Below, one piece after another: positions 26,632-40,774 of a stretch of 64,000 nucleotides of DNA. The first letter of the stretch is position 1, and every line of letters begins with the position of its first letter. The stretch lies in NCBI RefSeq assembly GCF_006345805.1, contig NC_043008.1:38006001-38070000 (forward strand). The letters run 5' to 3'. A program made the translations under genes and the position numbers. Under the pieces are notes generated by a model. That model had not been told where the DNA came from and searched no databases. It worked only from the letters and a program-made list of their open reading frames with translations. This stretch comes from Octopus sinensis. Its lineage: Eukaryota.

Positions 26632-27489
26632 TAAATATATAAATATATATATATATATATAAATATATAAATATATATATACACATATAATATACATATA
26701 CATGAAATATACATATATGCATATATATCTCTCTGTGTGTGATGTGTACATGTGTGTATGTGTGTGATAGGTGTATATATATATGTATGTATGTATATAA
26801 TATATGCATATAATATATTTGTATTTTGTTACATACATACTGATGCAGACATACATATATGCATACAGGCTCACACACATACATACATATTTGCATATAT
26901 AAGTACATACATAAACCAAAGTTTCCATAACTAAGTAAGCAAATTACCTAATATTAGTGTTTAATGTTGCCTACATATTGGACACAGGATGTGTGTATGT
27001 ATGCATGCAACTATGTGTGTGTTTGTGTGCATCTGAGAATGCGTGTTTTTGAATGTGTGTGTGTGTGTGATAGAGAGATAGAGAGGAAGAGAGAGAGAGG
27101 CATACAGATAGAAATAGAGACAGAGACAAAGACAGACAGACGGACAGGTAGACAAAGACAGACAGGTAAATAGACAAAACAAGAGAGATAATACTGCTTA
27201 CTCCATATGAGGTCTGACCAGAGATTTAGAGGAATCTGTAAGATGTCTCTAAGAAGACCAAGTGGAAGTATAATGTCACAAGAATTCCAAATTGTGATAA
27301 TAGCACTAGATACACAGTTTGACAAATATTGCTGGCAGACAAAGCTGGTATCATACTGGTTTACTATTCTGTTTACACAATGAAAATATCAAAATAAAAA
27401 TTTAAAACAAGTCTGGTAGACGTCAACTAAAATGGTAAAAAAAAACAAAAACGAATATACTTATTTTTAATACATATGTTTATACTACA

Positions 27490-27601
27490 CATATCTTCAT
27501 ACACACACACACACACACACACATATATATGCAGGTATATATGCATGCACATACATAGGTGTGTGTATGCACTTATAAATGTGTGTATATATATATGTGT
27601 G

Positions 27602-27633
<32 letters not shown>

Positions 27634-27636
27634 CGC

Positions 27637-27677
<41 letters not shown>

Positions 27678-27700
27678 CATACATATATGTATATATATAC

Positions 27701-27749
<49 letters not shown>

Positions 27750-27772
27750 CATACATATATATATATATATAT

Positions 27773-27808
<36 letters not shown>

Positions 27809-27880
27809 TACATATATACATACATATATGTACATATATATATCATATGCATACATTCATGCACACACACATATACGTGT
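27490..27880. repeat. long compound (TA)n/(CA)n microsatellite (one of dozens in the window)
   Basis: Seen directly. Confidence 0.95.
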
Positions 27881-28253
27881 AAACATACGTGTGTGTCAAG
27901 TAAAAGACAGAACCACATCTATCATAGACTTGGTTACATGTCAACTTCTTTTTGCTATTGTTTTGTTGTGTGTATATGTAGTCATGATGAGGCATACACA
28001 CCTTCCCAATCCTTACAAGCATGACCCAACAGAATATTCATGCTGTAACAGATAATGGGAGAATGGAATATGCCAGTACTAGGGTGGATATTCCTCATTT
28101 TGCAGTTGAGAGGGCCGGATCACTAAGTAATGAAGTACCTTATTTAATGACATAATACACCTTCCTATCCAGGAGCCCCACTTCAAAACAATGAGTCTCC
28201 CAGTCACCCACTAATCAATGTGAAGTATCATTGCACTCTATGGATTTGCATCT

Positions 28254-28505
28254 TCCAGGAAGTGTAAGGGATAAAGTATCATAGCATAACAGAAATGGAT
28301 CTAAGGGAACACTTTTTTATATACTTCTTCTTCTCCCTCCAGGAAGTGTAAGGGATAAAGTATTGTAGCATAACAGAAATGGATCTAAGGGAACACTTTT
28401 TTATATACTTCTTCTTCTCCCTCCAGGAAGTGTAAGGTATAAAGTATCGTAGCATAACAGGAATGGGTCTAAGGGAACACTTTTTCAATATACTTCTTCT
28501 CCCTC
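28254..28505. repeat. 84-bp tandem repeat, 3 copies
   Basis: tccaggaagtgtaagg starts at 28254, 28338 and 28422. Confidence 0.95.
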
Positions 28506-29003
28506 GCCTAATATAGTAATCCCTGCTTTAATCTTTCAGCTCTTCTCTCCCTTTAATTTAATCCTCTTCTTCACCCTTGCTCATCTTCTCTTCCACTTTT
28601 TATGTCCATTTTTTTTCCTTTCTGTCTTTCTCTTAAAGTTTTTCTCTCACTGCTACATGTTAGACTCACATTTGTTTTGCTTTCCCTACGATTTGCTGCT
28701 GGGTCATTCATGTTTAAAAGCTGTAAAATATTTCCATCTTTCCATTTTTATTTTCACTTCTGTCATTTCAATTCTGAAAAAGGACATTATCTGAAATACT
28801 GGATATGTCACTTCCCATAACAATATTATTTTATCCTTTCTGTTACTTTCTCTAGGATATATATATATATATGTATGGATATGTGTGTGTACATATATGA
28901 CTGTGTATATATACATATATATATGTATACACACACACACATATATATAAATATACCATAGTAGAACTGTGCTCAATGACAATGTGATCAAGTTGAATCA
29001 TCT

Positions 29004-29335
29004 ACTTAGTCGAACAAATCGACCCCAGGGCTTATTCTTTGTTAACCTAGAACTTATTCTATCAGTTTCTTTTGCCGAACCGCTAAGTTATGAGAACATA
29101 AAAACACCAACATCGGTTGTCAAGTAATGGTGGGGACACAAACAGAAGCACACTAACATATACATATAAATACAACAGGCTTCTTTCAGCTTCTGTCTAC
29201 CAAATGCACTTACAAGGCCTTGGTCGGCTTGAGGCTATAGTAGAAGACACTTTCCCAAGGTGCCACACAGTGGGACTGAACCCGGATCCATGTGGTTAGA
29301 AAACAAGCTACTTACCACACAGTCACTCTTGCACC
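29004..29335 (-). mobile_element. family B CORE-type SINE
   Basis: Reverse complement of 62158-62515. Confidence 0.85.
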
Positions 29336-29569
29336 GCTATATGTATATGATATAAATATATATATAAAATATACACAAGAGTTATGGAATGGAGTAGGTA
29401 AAATCTGGGCTATATATGTTTTATATTTAGTATGGATTGCTTGAAGCTAACTTTCTTCCTACACCTTGATCCCTAGATCTTACATTTATATACATCTTAT
29501 GACCCTTCTGTCCGGCAGTCGCCATGATAGATCGGTAGCCACTACACACATTTTTTTTCTCTCCTTGTT

Positions 29570-29607
29570 TCTTTCTGTGGAAGAGCGTAGGCTCGAAACG
29601 TTAAAGA
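29570..29607 (+). ncRNA. minimal hammerhead motif (core mutated)
   Basis: tcttt-CTGtGGA-a-gagc(gtag)gctc-GAAAC-GTT-aaaga. Stems I and II are perfect; core A6 is T. Confidence 0.65.
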
Positions 29608-29718
29608 CTTTTTTAATTCTTGAGCATTATACTAATACATCTGTTTGGTTTCTACACCACCTCTCTTTGTCTTTTGTTATTTTCGTGAATTCTCCATATA
29701 TATATATGTATGTATGTA

Positions 29719-29761
<43 letters not shown>

Positions 29762-30665
29762 ATGTATGTATGTATATATGTATATATAATATATGTATAT
29801 ATATATAATATATCTATATCTATCTATCTATGTGTGTGTGTGTATATGTGTATGTGTGTATAATCATGTAATGAATATGCATTTATATATCAACTAGAGT
29901 ATCTGAGTTGTCAATTATGAAGGAGCTATAGTTAAAAAAATGTGTATAAAAGTTGCTAATGAGTGTATGAAGATGTAAATAAAAATCACAAAATAATAGG
30001 AAAATAAGAACATTATATATGTCACTCCTACATAATTTTACAAATTTGATTACTTTTAATATACGAATTTGATTACATTTAATATACGAATTTGATTACT
30101 TTTAATATGTACAACGTCGTGTTGCCAACGATTTACTCATTATTCTACATAATGTTATTTTCTGCAATAAATGCTCTGCCTAATTTCTCAAATGCTGCAC
30201 ACATACATATGTATGCAAAACTTCCAAAAATAAGTGCATATTTACACATGAGAACATGATCTTAGAACCAGGTTAAATACATTTTCCGAAAAGTTTCCAA
30301 TAGACAAAATGTTGACTTCATGTAAAAGCTGAACATTTACAACATATTTGACATTTTCCATACAAAAACTACAAATGTACATAATAAGCATTATTATTCA
30401 CTTTCACTGGAAAAGTTCCTGAAGAACGAGATTTCTTGTATAGTCTTGAAGCTGCTTCAGCACTTTTGGCCTACTTAAATTTCTGTTTGTAATTTCAGAT
30501 TGTTTTTATTCTTTGTTCTACTTAAATCAAGAATTACAAGCATGCAGTGTGAATAGGCTAAAGTTGAATACATGATACCTCTCGCTAAGTTGAATATAAA
30601 AAGTAATTCGGGAATACACAAAACAGAATTATTTTTAGCTGAATAGCAGAGACGAATGTATACAG

Positions 30666-30696
<31 letters not shown>

Positions 30697-31475
30697 GTCA
30701 TCATCACTTAACGTCCATTGTCCGTGCTAGCATGGGTCGGATGATTATACGTAGCATATTATATGTATCCATTAGATTTACCAATAATAAAAAGAAGAAC
30801 TTGATTTGATTATCAGAATTTATGTCGAGTTTTAGTTGAGCAATATGAGATAAAGGAGTCAGCAGAATGAAGCTTTGAATATAAAAAAATAAACAGAACA
30901 ACTCCAGCCTGTGTCAAATAATTTAGAGCTTGTGATAAATGATTTAGACTGTGGTTTAATTTGATTTTTAACCCTTATAAATAGTGTCTTCATTGGAGTG
31001 CTCCTTCACTTTTAGCAATATGTATAAAGCATAGGTGTAGTGTAAGTTAGTGTCTTGGCAGGAAAAAGTTATAATGCACAAAGGGGATGAAGGACTGGAG
31101 GATTGTATATTTTCTTGCATATGAGTATAGTAAAAAGGATGGCAGAGGCAGTGTAGAAACAGTTTTTCTGGTTTGATAGAGGAATTTTGTTATTGTTTGT
31201 TTCCAGTTAGGATTGTATGTAAAAGAGGATGCCAGAAGTAGTAAAGTTGCATGGTATTTCAAAGGGTAAATGTGCTAAATATATGCATATGTATGTGTGT
31301 ATAAATATACATTCATATACATATATATATATATATATAATTTCAACAATTGAGGGTAAAATTAATTAATTATTAATCAATTTCACCAAGTATTCAGTAT
31401 GTAAAGGGACCATTATAGGCGAATTCAAAATATTACATTCAGTATGTGGCAAAGTAATTTATTTTACTAAGCCCT

Positions 31476-31514
<39 letters not shown>

Positions 31515-32208
31515 CATACATACATACATATATATAAATATATACACATATACACACACACATACCCATGTATATATATGTATATGTATATATTCATATA
31601 TATATATATTCATATATATATATGTGTGTGTGTATGTATATATGCACACATATTTATACGCATATACATATATGAGGAGAAATTATTTTGAATCGTTATA
31701 GATATTGTAATAATAATTGTTGTTGTTGTGGCCCTTTTGTGGTTGCTACCAAAATAAGACAGTTCATTTCTCTGCTGCAATGATTAATACTCCCACAAGA
31801 GACGTTTGTCAAGTTCATATTTAAGACGTCTTTGGGTATTCAGTAATACATACATCAGAAAGGAGAAAATAAACAATTATTTACAACTTTGCTAAGTATT
31901 TTTTTTTCTTGCTAATTTTCACATACTGATTTTTCCATCACATTATCTCATTATATAGGTCAGCCCTGTATAATGTACAACACCCAGAGGTGTTCCCTAT
32001 GTGTTTTCTCTAAAATAATTAATGAAAGGAAATGTGTTTATGAGTGTGTGTGTGTGTGTGTGTGTGTTTGTACATATGTATACACAGACACACAGACATA
32101 TATATACTAAAGGAAAACCCTTCAAATGGGAATGTAGGGAAAAGTAATTTTTTCCATCTAAATATACATATGTGTGTATGTATATATATATATATATAAT
32201 ATATATAT

Positions 32209-32240
<32 letters not shown>

Positions 32241-32592
32241 CCTATACACACACACATATATATGTGTGTGTGTATATATATATAATTATGCATGCATACA
32301 TTTGTATGTATGTACATATACATGCATGTATATGTATAGATGTTTATCTATTTACCTATGTGATTATATGCATATCTAGATGCCTATAGACACTCGCATA
32401 CTTATATTGTTTTATATTTGTTTGATAGATTCTTGATGTGAATTTGTGTGCTGAAACAGATGGTTTACCTTGGGAGGGCCATTTTCCCAATACAAACACA
32501 CAAAGCAAAATGGTTTCCCTAGGTGCATCTATGTATCTGCATATATGTGTATGCATGAGTATGTGTGTGTGTGTGTGTGTATGTACATATAA

Positions 32593-32628
<36 letters not shown>

Positions 32629-33250
32629 CATATTAATGCTATAAATTTGGTTAGAGGGAGAAAAGAAAAATGGGAGATGAAAAATTTCATTGTTTTTCTG
32701 TTACTATTGTTGTTTGGCCCCAGGCCAGATCTATTATCTGAACCTACAATGAACAAAGTCATTCTGGTCATGACCATCCCCATTTTTGATCAATAGTTCA
32801 TTTTAGACCTCATTTTCTAATATAATATACTGTTATTTTAAGATGGTAGAGAATATACTAAAGCAAATTTGGTTGCTATTTCTAACAGATTAGGTGACCA
32901 CATAGAGGCTATCATTTTATCGCATCCATTCACATGAAATGGATAAAACCTCAGATTAGCAAACACATCGATTGGACCACATTTATAGCTTATTTTTTAA
33001 TACAAAGCATGACAAAACAAAATAGGTGGCATAACATATCTTACGGCCTTTACTGATCAGATTGCCAAAATGTAGTCTATAGATAAATGCGAGAATAAAT
33101 TTCTTCATCTTCATAGGGTATTTGAATTAAGACAACGAATCTTCACCAGAGTGAAAAACAAGAGCATATAATATAAACAAAAGGAAGAAGGAAAAAAAAG
33201 AAAACATGGCTTAGACAAATAGTCTAGAAGTTGTGAACAATATTTTCCCC

Positions 33251-33312
<62 letters not shown>

Positions 33313-33369
33313 GAGTGTGTGTGTGCGTATGTGTGTGTGTGTATGTGTGTGTGTGTGTATGTATATACG

Positions 33370-33600
33370 TTTCTTTACTGCCCACAAGGGGCTAAACATA
33401 GAGGGGACAAACAAGGACAGACACACGGATTAAGTCGATTACATCGACCCCAGTGCATAACTGGTACTTAATTTATCGACCCCGAAAGGATGAAAGGCAA
33501 AGTCGACCTCGGCGGAATTTGAACTCAGAACGTAGCGACGGGCGAAATACCGCGAAGCACTTCGCCCGGCATGCTAATGTCTCTGCCAGCTCGCCGCCTT
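33370..33600 (-). mobile_element. young tRNA-derived SINE, family A
   Basis: CpG-rich. Minus strand reads aaggcggcgagctggcagag (A box), gagttcaaattcc (B box), then gtcgactttgcctttcatcctttcggggtcgataaattaagtaccag. Inserted in a microsatellite. Confidence 0.9.
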
Positions 33601-34754
33601 TATGTATATATACACACACATATGCATGTTCATGCATGTATTTCTGTTGTACTGTGTTCAAGATACATTTTGGTGAACATGGGCATAATATTTGTGATAT
33701 GCTGTAAGATCATCAGATGTTTAGGGGTACTTTAACACCAGATACTCTCACCCAGGTAAGATACAAATGTCTCACCTCACTCAGCAAGATTTGATCAGAC
33801 ACTGACTTGAGACACAACAGCAAAAATCCATGGACCATTCATCCACTTGGTCCACTCACTATTTCTCAGATGGTTGTTGAGATAAAGTACTCAGATACGT
33901 TCTTCATAACTCTGCCCTCACTTGTTATTACCTGTATCTCTCAAATTCTGGCCATAGTTGATTTCTTTCAGAAGGAAAGGAGAGAGAGAGGTGGGGAGAA
34001 ATTTTGGCACAAGACCAACCATTTTAATGATCAGCTACATCTACCCAAGGACTTGGCTGATACATTATTTCACTAACCATGAAAGGATGAAAAGCAAGGA
34101 AAACCTAGGTGAGATTTGATCTCATCATGTAAATATCCAGAAAAAAACATCATTATTTTACTTGAAGTGGTAACAATTTTACTAGTCTATTGCCTTAGTT
34201 ATAAATTTTTACATCAACAAATATAATTGGCAAGAATTCAGTACATTAAAATCCAGTCACCTAGTATTCAATGTTACAAGGTTATTCAATGAGAGTAAAT
34301 GACATAAATTTATGAAATGACATCTCCTGGTTTTAACGAACCTTACTGCATGCTGTTTCTAATTATATTTTGTGTGAATATGTGGGAGGCAAATGATTTT
34401 AAGCAGGTTATTGCTTTATTTCCCACCCACCTTTTGTTTACATAGTGTAAGCATTTATGCAGTGATTGCAATCAAAATGTGCAGGACAGACTTCCTAGAA
34501 ATATCAGCTAAATACATTTTCTTAGTATTATACTTCAGGATTGCTAAAATATCATCCAAATTCTAAAAGTTCATAGAATAGAAACTTTAAGCAAGTGGCA
34601 TCACAAATTACATCTTATGGTTCTTAAATATAATTTTGTTTAGGTATCAGAATTCTTCCCCTCTCTCCCTCCACCTCTCTTTGTCTCTCTCTCTCTCTCT
34701 CTCTCTCTCTCACGTCTACATACTCTGTCTCTCTTATAAATATCTATAAATGAA

Positions 34755-35170
34755 GCAAGCATGGCTATATGGTAAGAAGCTTGCTTCCCAACCACATGGC
34801 TCTGGGTTCAGTCCTACTGTATGGCATCTTTGGCAAGCGTCTTCTGCTTTAGCCTTTGGCCAAGCCTTGTGAGTGGATTTGGTGGACAGAAACTAAAAGA
34901 AGCATGTCGTATATGTGTGTATGTGTATGTGTGTGTGCAAGTGTGCATGTGTGTGTGCCTGTGTTTGTCCCCCCACCACCACTTGATAACCAGTGTTAGT
35001 GCGTTTATGCCCCTGTAACTTAACAGTTCAGCGAAAGAGATCGATAGAGAAAGTACCAGGCTTAAAAAAAAAATTAATATGTCCTAGAGTCAATTCCTTC
35101 AACTAAAATTCTTCAATGTGGTGCCCCAGCATGGCCACTGTCTGATGACTGAAACAAATAAAAGATGAAA
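34755..35170 (+). mobile_element. family B CORE-type SINE
   Basis: Same layout as 62158-62572 with internal (TG)n. Confidence 0.8.
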
Positions 35171-35202
35171 AATAAAGCCAGCCATTGGTTGTTGAAGCTC
35201 CT

Positions 35203-35431
35203 TTAACCCTTTCATTACCAACCCGGCCAAAACCGGTTCTGGCTCTGTAGTATAAATGTCTCATTTCCATAAGTTTTTCATTAAAATACACCACCAAACC
35301 TTAGTCGCAATTTATGTTCCTAACACTAGCTTAATGATAACTAAGTTATTTTACTAAATTCTTTGTTATATTTAAATTAACTGAAAGAAACACAGAGCAT
35401 CTCAAAATAGATACAGTAACAAAAGAGTTAA
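35203..35431. mobile_element. piggyBac-like MITE
   Basis: TTAA-ccctttcattac ... gtaacaaaagag-TTAA. Related copies at ~39165-39398, ~42277-42800 and ~59747-59985. Confidence 0.7.
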
Positions 35432-38400
35432 ATTGATCTTGGGCAACTGCTACACAGAGATCACTAGTATTAATCTGTAATTCTACATTGAATATAAGAA
35501 ACACCTCTCTTTATATCAATGCTGTTGTTATCAATCATTTAACATCTCCATGTCGTCTCCCCTCATACTGATATAACACTTATTACTCATACTGTTATAA
35601 CACTTATCATCAGATGGTGTCTAATGTTTTCAATAGATGTTGATATTTCTATAAAATTTCCATTATCAATATTGTTTTCATTAAAACCATTTCTAATCTG
35701 AAGGTTTTTTTCTACTGGCTGAGGAAGTATTTCTCCCATTTACGTTGCTGTGTTTTTCTTATCAAGAATAATTTTTAATATCATTATGATCATAACTTTA
35801 GTTGTTAGTAATATTATTGTACTTCACTTATCGCATGTCTATTATTCCAAATATTACCATTACAATTGTTAGAATCATTAGAGCAATGAACAAAATGCCT
35901 TTTCATTAATTGCCTTTATATTCTTAGTTCAAATCCTGAAATACTCAACTTTGCTTCACATCTTTCCAAGGTTGATGAAATAAAATACTAACAAAGTACC
36001 AGGAGTAAAATGCTTGACTGTTCCTTCTAAACCAAATTTCAAGCAACGGTACTAAACTTATAATTATGAAACCTTGCACCTTGGCATCTATGTGTGTGGT
36101 GATGGTGGGTTCAAGGGATTTGAGACAGTGCTTCTGTCACTGGACCAAAGGACTGAATATGGTGCTAGGAGTCTAGTTTGGACCAGAGTTTCAAATGAAG
36201 AGAAAAAATAACAAGGAAAAGAACACAAGTAAGGTGGCCAGTTTCACACAGAAACGGGCTCAAAGGAAGCAGCTGCCATATCTTCTGATAATGTCCAATC
36301 AGATGGGAGACCTATTTTACATCAGGACTATTGAAAAGGTTGCAAGATGCAAGGAAAACTTTAGGAAAATAAGATAAAAAGTAGAAATTTTACCGGTGAG
36401 TGTGTTACATTATAAGGCACAAAAAGAAAATGACTCTTCCCAGACACAACAGAATATGCTTCAACACACGAACTCATATAAAGAATCTTGCAAACCAAAT
36501 CCAAAAACGAAATATTTTACATCACTTAAATGCCTTGAGAACTAATGACATGCTTTTCAAGTCTCTGTGTGGTGTAAAATCTAACTTTATATCATTCTTA
36601 TTAAAATATGCCCAGATTTTCTTCTTATTTATCCCAAGACATAGAATTACAACTAGCATGGACAGATATTTTGAAGGAGAGAAATTTGGACATGACTTTC
36701 AGTAGAGAACCAATTTTCTGGTGTTTTGGAATATCTTCAATTAGCTCTGCCCAAGAAGATCTGTATGTATAAATTCATCTCTAAGATGATTCTAAGTTCT
36801 AGAGAGCTTAGCTTTGATGTCATGGTGTAAAACAACTGAGAGATGAGTGTTACCCTGTATAGAATGAAATCTAACTTAGGCAGCTGTTTTAGATCACATA
36901 ATACTTATTTTCAACTGCTGTGGCAAGTGATGCTCCAGAGAATAGCTTTCTGCCCAGCAACAAGATTGGATGCACAACATTGTAGCAAGAATATCAACAA
37001 TATTTATTGGTGAGTTTGCATCATCAAAACCAAAGCATAATTAATTATTTCTAAATGAGAGAAAAACATAATTCAGGGTCAGTAAAAAGTAAGATCAGGT
37101 AGTACATTGATCTGGGATCCTGAGAGGCAAGGAGGGATTCTGTGATTATATGCTGGGCCCCTCCATCATCATCATCATGATTTTAATATCTACTTTTTTG
37201 TGCTTGCATGGATCTGATGGAATTTGTCAAGATAGATTTTTTTTACAGTTGAATGCCCTTCCTGTGGCCAACCCTCATCTGTTTTCAAGCAAGGTAATGT
37301 TTTTGCATGAATGGACATGTTTCCATGAAAGGTTGGAAAATTGGAAAAGAAGGACAATATTTGATTGACAGTGATGCATTGTCAAGATGAGGTGGCACAA
37401 ACTCACACACACACACACACAAATATGCAATGGGCTTCTTACAGTTTCCCTCTACTAAATTCACTTACAAGGCTTTGGTTGGTCATTCCATAGTGAAAGA
37501 AAACTTACATTCCTCTTGAATTTTCAGAAAAGCGGCATTGAAGTCAATCTCATTTTGCCTTCCAAATTTCTCTTGTTCATCTTGCTTCAATTCTGCTTTG
37601 CATGCTAACAAATTAACTTCAACCTGTAGCCATTACTTATTTTAATTTACAGTACCTACTTACAACAACTAAGGTGAACTTAGCTGTTGAGAATTTAGCT
37701 TTTCAGCCATAGATAAAACAAAATTCCAGTGACGGAATAGGAAGTGATAATTCTTAAGTTAGTTGTCCAGCCATTCTCACAATCCACAAACAATAAAGAT
37801 GTTGCCAAATGAATCTAATGAATATCTTAGAAGCAATCTTTACGTTTGACATCTCAGACAGACATAAGACTTTCAGCTGCTGTTTAGTGTTGAACAGTTT
37901 TATAACTATGATAATTTCCTCTTCAGCTTTACAGATAATTTAATAATTGTCCCGTTTCAAGGACAGCTGTAAAACAATCTAATTGAGGGAAGCACTGGGT
38001 GCTATGTTGAGCAGGTTGAACCTTTACTCCATAAGTTCATACCCAATTAGTTATTTAATCAAAACTTCAGTTGATCAGAAATTAATATTCAGCATCAAAT
38101 AAATTAACTTCAGTTTTCTTGATGAAACGTTTTAAGCAATGCAGACATTTTTCCAAAATATCTAAACCATCTATGAATTAAATTAGCATTTGACATATGA
38201 ATAGAATTCAAATTTATCCTCAGCATAACTTACAAATATGTTGAAAACTGGTTAACAGCAGTAAACAATTTTATTGATAATAGCTTCAGTATAGATACAT
38301 TAAAATAGAAAACATGAAACAGAAAAGAAAAGAATATGGAGAGGGTGCTGTGTTATTATATTTAAAGAAACAAAAACCACTGGAAAAAAATCAAAAACAA

Positions 38401-38575
38401 AACAAAAATGAGAGAAAGAGTGAGAGAGAGGGAGAGAGAGGAAGAGAGAGAGGCAGACGGACAGAGAGAGAGAGAGATTATGTTTGGGGTTATGAACTCT
38501 ATAGAAATGTACTTCCTGCCAAATAATGGTTCAGAATTGCATTAAAAGCTTTTGGTGTAAATTGTAATAACTTAC

Positions 38576-38611
38576 CTCTTTTCACATTTCCTGGTGTTGT
38601 TGGTGTGTAAC
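38576..38611 (-). CDS. candidate 36-nt symmetric micro-exon (xYTPTTPGNVKRx in phase 1)
   Basis: Minus strand: cccttttttcttctctAG|GTTACACACCAACAACACCAGGAAATGTGAAAAGAG|GTAAGT. Both splice sites are consensus and the length is divisible by 3. Confidence 0.6.
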
Positions 38612-39400
38612 CTAGAGAAGAAAAAAGGGAACGAAAAAAACTCAAAAATATTAATATTCCAAGTAGTATTGTTTCTAGGTTGAGTAGTTAGAGAAATAGT
38701 TAGCTACTGAAGGAGGAAAAACAGAAAGTAAAAAAAAAAAAAATGATTTTCCAGCATTATGAATTAATAGCAGAAAGTAGAGTGGGAAGATATTGTTGCT
38801 GTTGTTGTTGTTGTTGTTGTAGTTGTAGTTGTTGTTGTTGTTGTTGTTGCCATTGTGCTGCATAACTATATTCAGTAGTTCTGCCGTTCCAGCAGACACA
38901 AGAAGACACTTAGGTAACTGATAAAAACATACCATTTTACAGACAGACATCGAAATTGTAATCATTGGTTTTTATTGTAGGCATGTTGTTGGAATTAACC
39001 GAAGACTTGTGATCTTCATTCTAATCTCAGTTTGGAGTTTGTCGAAGATTTAGCCTGTTACGTTCAGGTCTAGCAAGGAAATTGAAACATTCACTCCTAT
39101 TGCTTCATAAAACACCCTCAAATGATAGCAAGGAGGTTGTTGAGAGAGACATTATTGTTTTTATTATACTTTCGTTGCAATATTTTGGTTGGAATACATA
39201 ATCTTTGTTTCAAATAATTTTTAAAATAATTAAGAATTTAGCAAAATAATTTCTTTTCATTATTGGGTTGAAATTTGGAACATAAATTGGCATGGAATTT
39301 TCATGGATGGTTTTAATCTACATCAACATTAAGATAAGAAGTTTGTACCATAAAACCAGGAGAGGTGGTCACAGTTGGGTTGGTATTAAAAGGGTTAAGC

Positions 39401-39890
39401 AAGAACTCATCTCTTCAAGGGAAGACCAGATTGTATGATCTGGTGAACAAGTGCACAATATTGTAGGATATTGTAAGATATGGTAGTGAGACATTATCAC
39501 AAAATACGGAGCATATACAAAAGCTGAAAAGAAATTTGATGAGCATGATCTGATGAATAAAATTAGAGTGCATGCACTATGGTGCATGACTATAGCAAGA
39601 GATAAAAAGAAACCCTAAAGCTATCAACAGTGTGATGCAGTTAGAATGTTATGATGGTATGGAGGTGTAATGTGTTGAAGAATAATAGTTGAGTGAAAAT
39701 ATATCGAATGATCCATGTTAAAGGATGAATGTTGAAGAGCCAGAGAACAACTGTAGATGAGACAAGAAGTGGCTAAGTTTGATCTTGAGATGCCAAGCCT
39801 CATAAATAAGCAGACAAAGGACTGTAATAAATAGAGAGATGGTATGTTGAAACAAGTCCATACAACTTGTACCAGCATGAAGAAGGCAAT
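39401..39890 (+). pseudogene. highly decayed copy of the RTE LINE 3' coding end
   Basis: tatggtagtgagaca (YGSET), gatggtatgg and tttgatcttgag are collinear with 52880-53340. Confidence 0.6.
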
Positions 39891-40288
39891 GCACACACAC
39901 ACACACATAAAAAAAAAACTTTTAAAGAACATACATTTAAAATGCAAACTATATACATGGACACACACATATATATATATATATATATACATGGATATAT
40001 CTCTCTCTATATATATATATTTCACTCTTGCAGTGTTTAGCATTAGGAAGGGCATCCAACTGTAGAAACGATGCCTAATCAGACTTGAGTCCAGTGCGGC
40101 CCCCTCAGCTTACCAGCTCTGGTCAAACCTTCCAACCAATGCCAGGATGGACAATGGGTGTTAAATGAAGATGAAGATTATATATATATGGAAACTGAGG
40201 AGAAGCCTGTCATTTATGTCTATAGAATTAAGACTATATATATATATATATATACACACATCTACCCATCCATACATACATACATACA

Positions 40289-40321
<33 letters not shown>

Positions 40322-40412
40322 TGTTATGTTTGTGAATGGTCATATTTTAGCCAATTAATCACATGCACTATATACTTGCTCTTCATTTTCAGCTTTGTCA
40401 CTATTATGATTA

Positions 40413-40447
<35 letters not shown>

Positions 40448-40467
40448 ATTTGTATTAGTATTATTTG

Positions 40468-40640
40468 TTTGAAATCTTTCATCACACATCCTGTGACTTC
40501 TTCGGTGACTCTTCATCTCATATATCTCCTCTTGTTTTGTTCAGTCCTTGGATCAAACAGAATGGACTAAACAAACAGAAGGGGACACGTAGAAGTGAGA
40601 GTGACTGAAGAGATCATACGATGAGTGACAAAAGATTTAA
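40468..40640. repeat. degenerate ~170-bp inverted repeat (MITE-like)
   Basis: aaatctttcatcacacatcctgtgacttcttcggtgactct pairs imperfectly with agagtgactgaagagatcatacgatgagtgacaaaagattt. Confidence 0.6.
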
Positions 40641-40774
40641 GACAAAGGACACTAAAATAAGAATAATTAAGTTGAAGTGAAGACAATTATATAGTGAAAG
40701 TATCTAATTTGCAAAAATATAACCACCCCCAAATATATATATATATATATATTATTTATTTATTTATTTATTTA

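Noticed and set aside
33500-33600. tRNA gene
   Set aside because: A/B boxes are present but there is no cloverleaf. It is the head of a multi-copy SINE.
37500-38300. Possible decayed hAT transposase on the minus strand
   Set aside because: Only a faint LKxLxxTRW-like hint with many stops.
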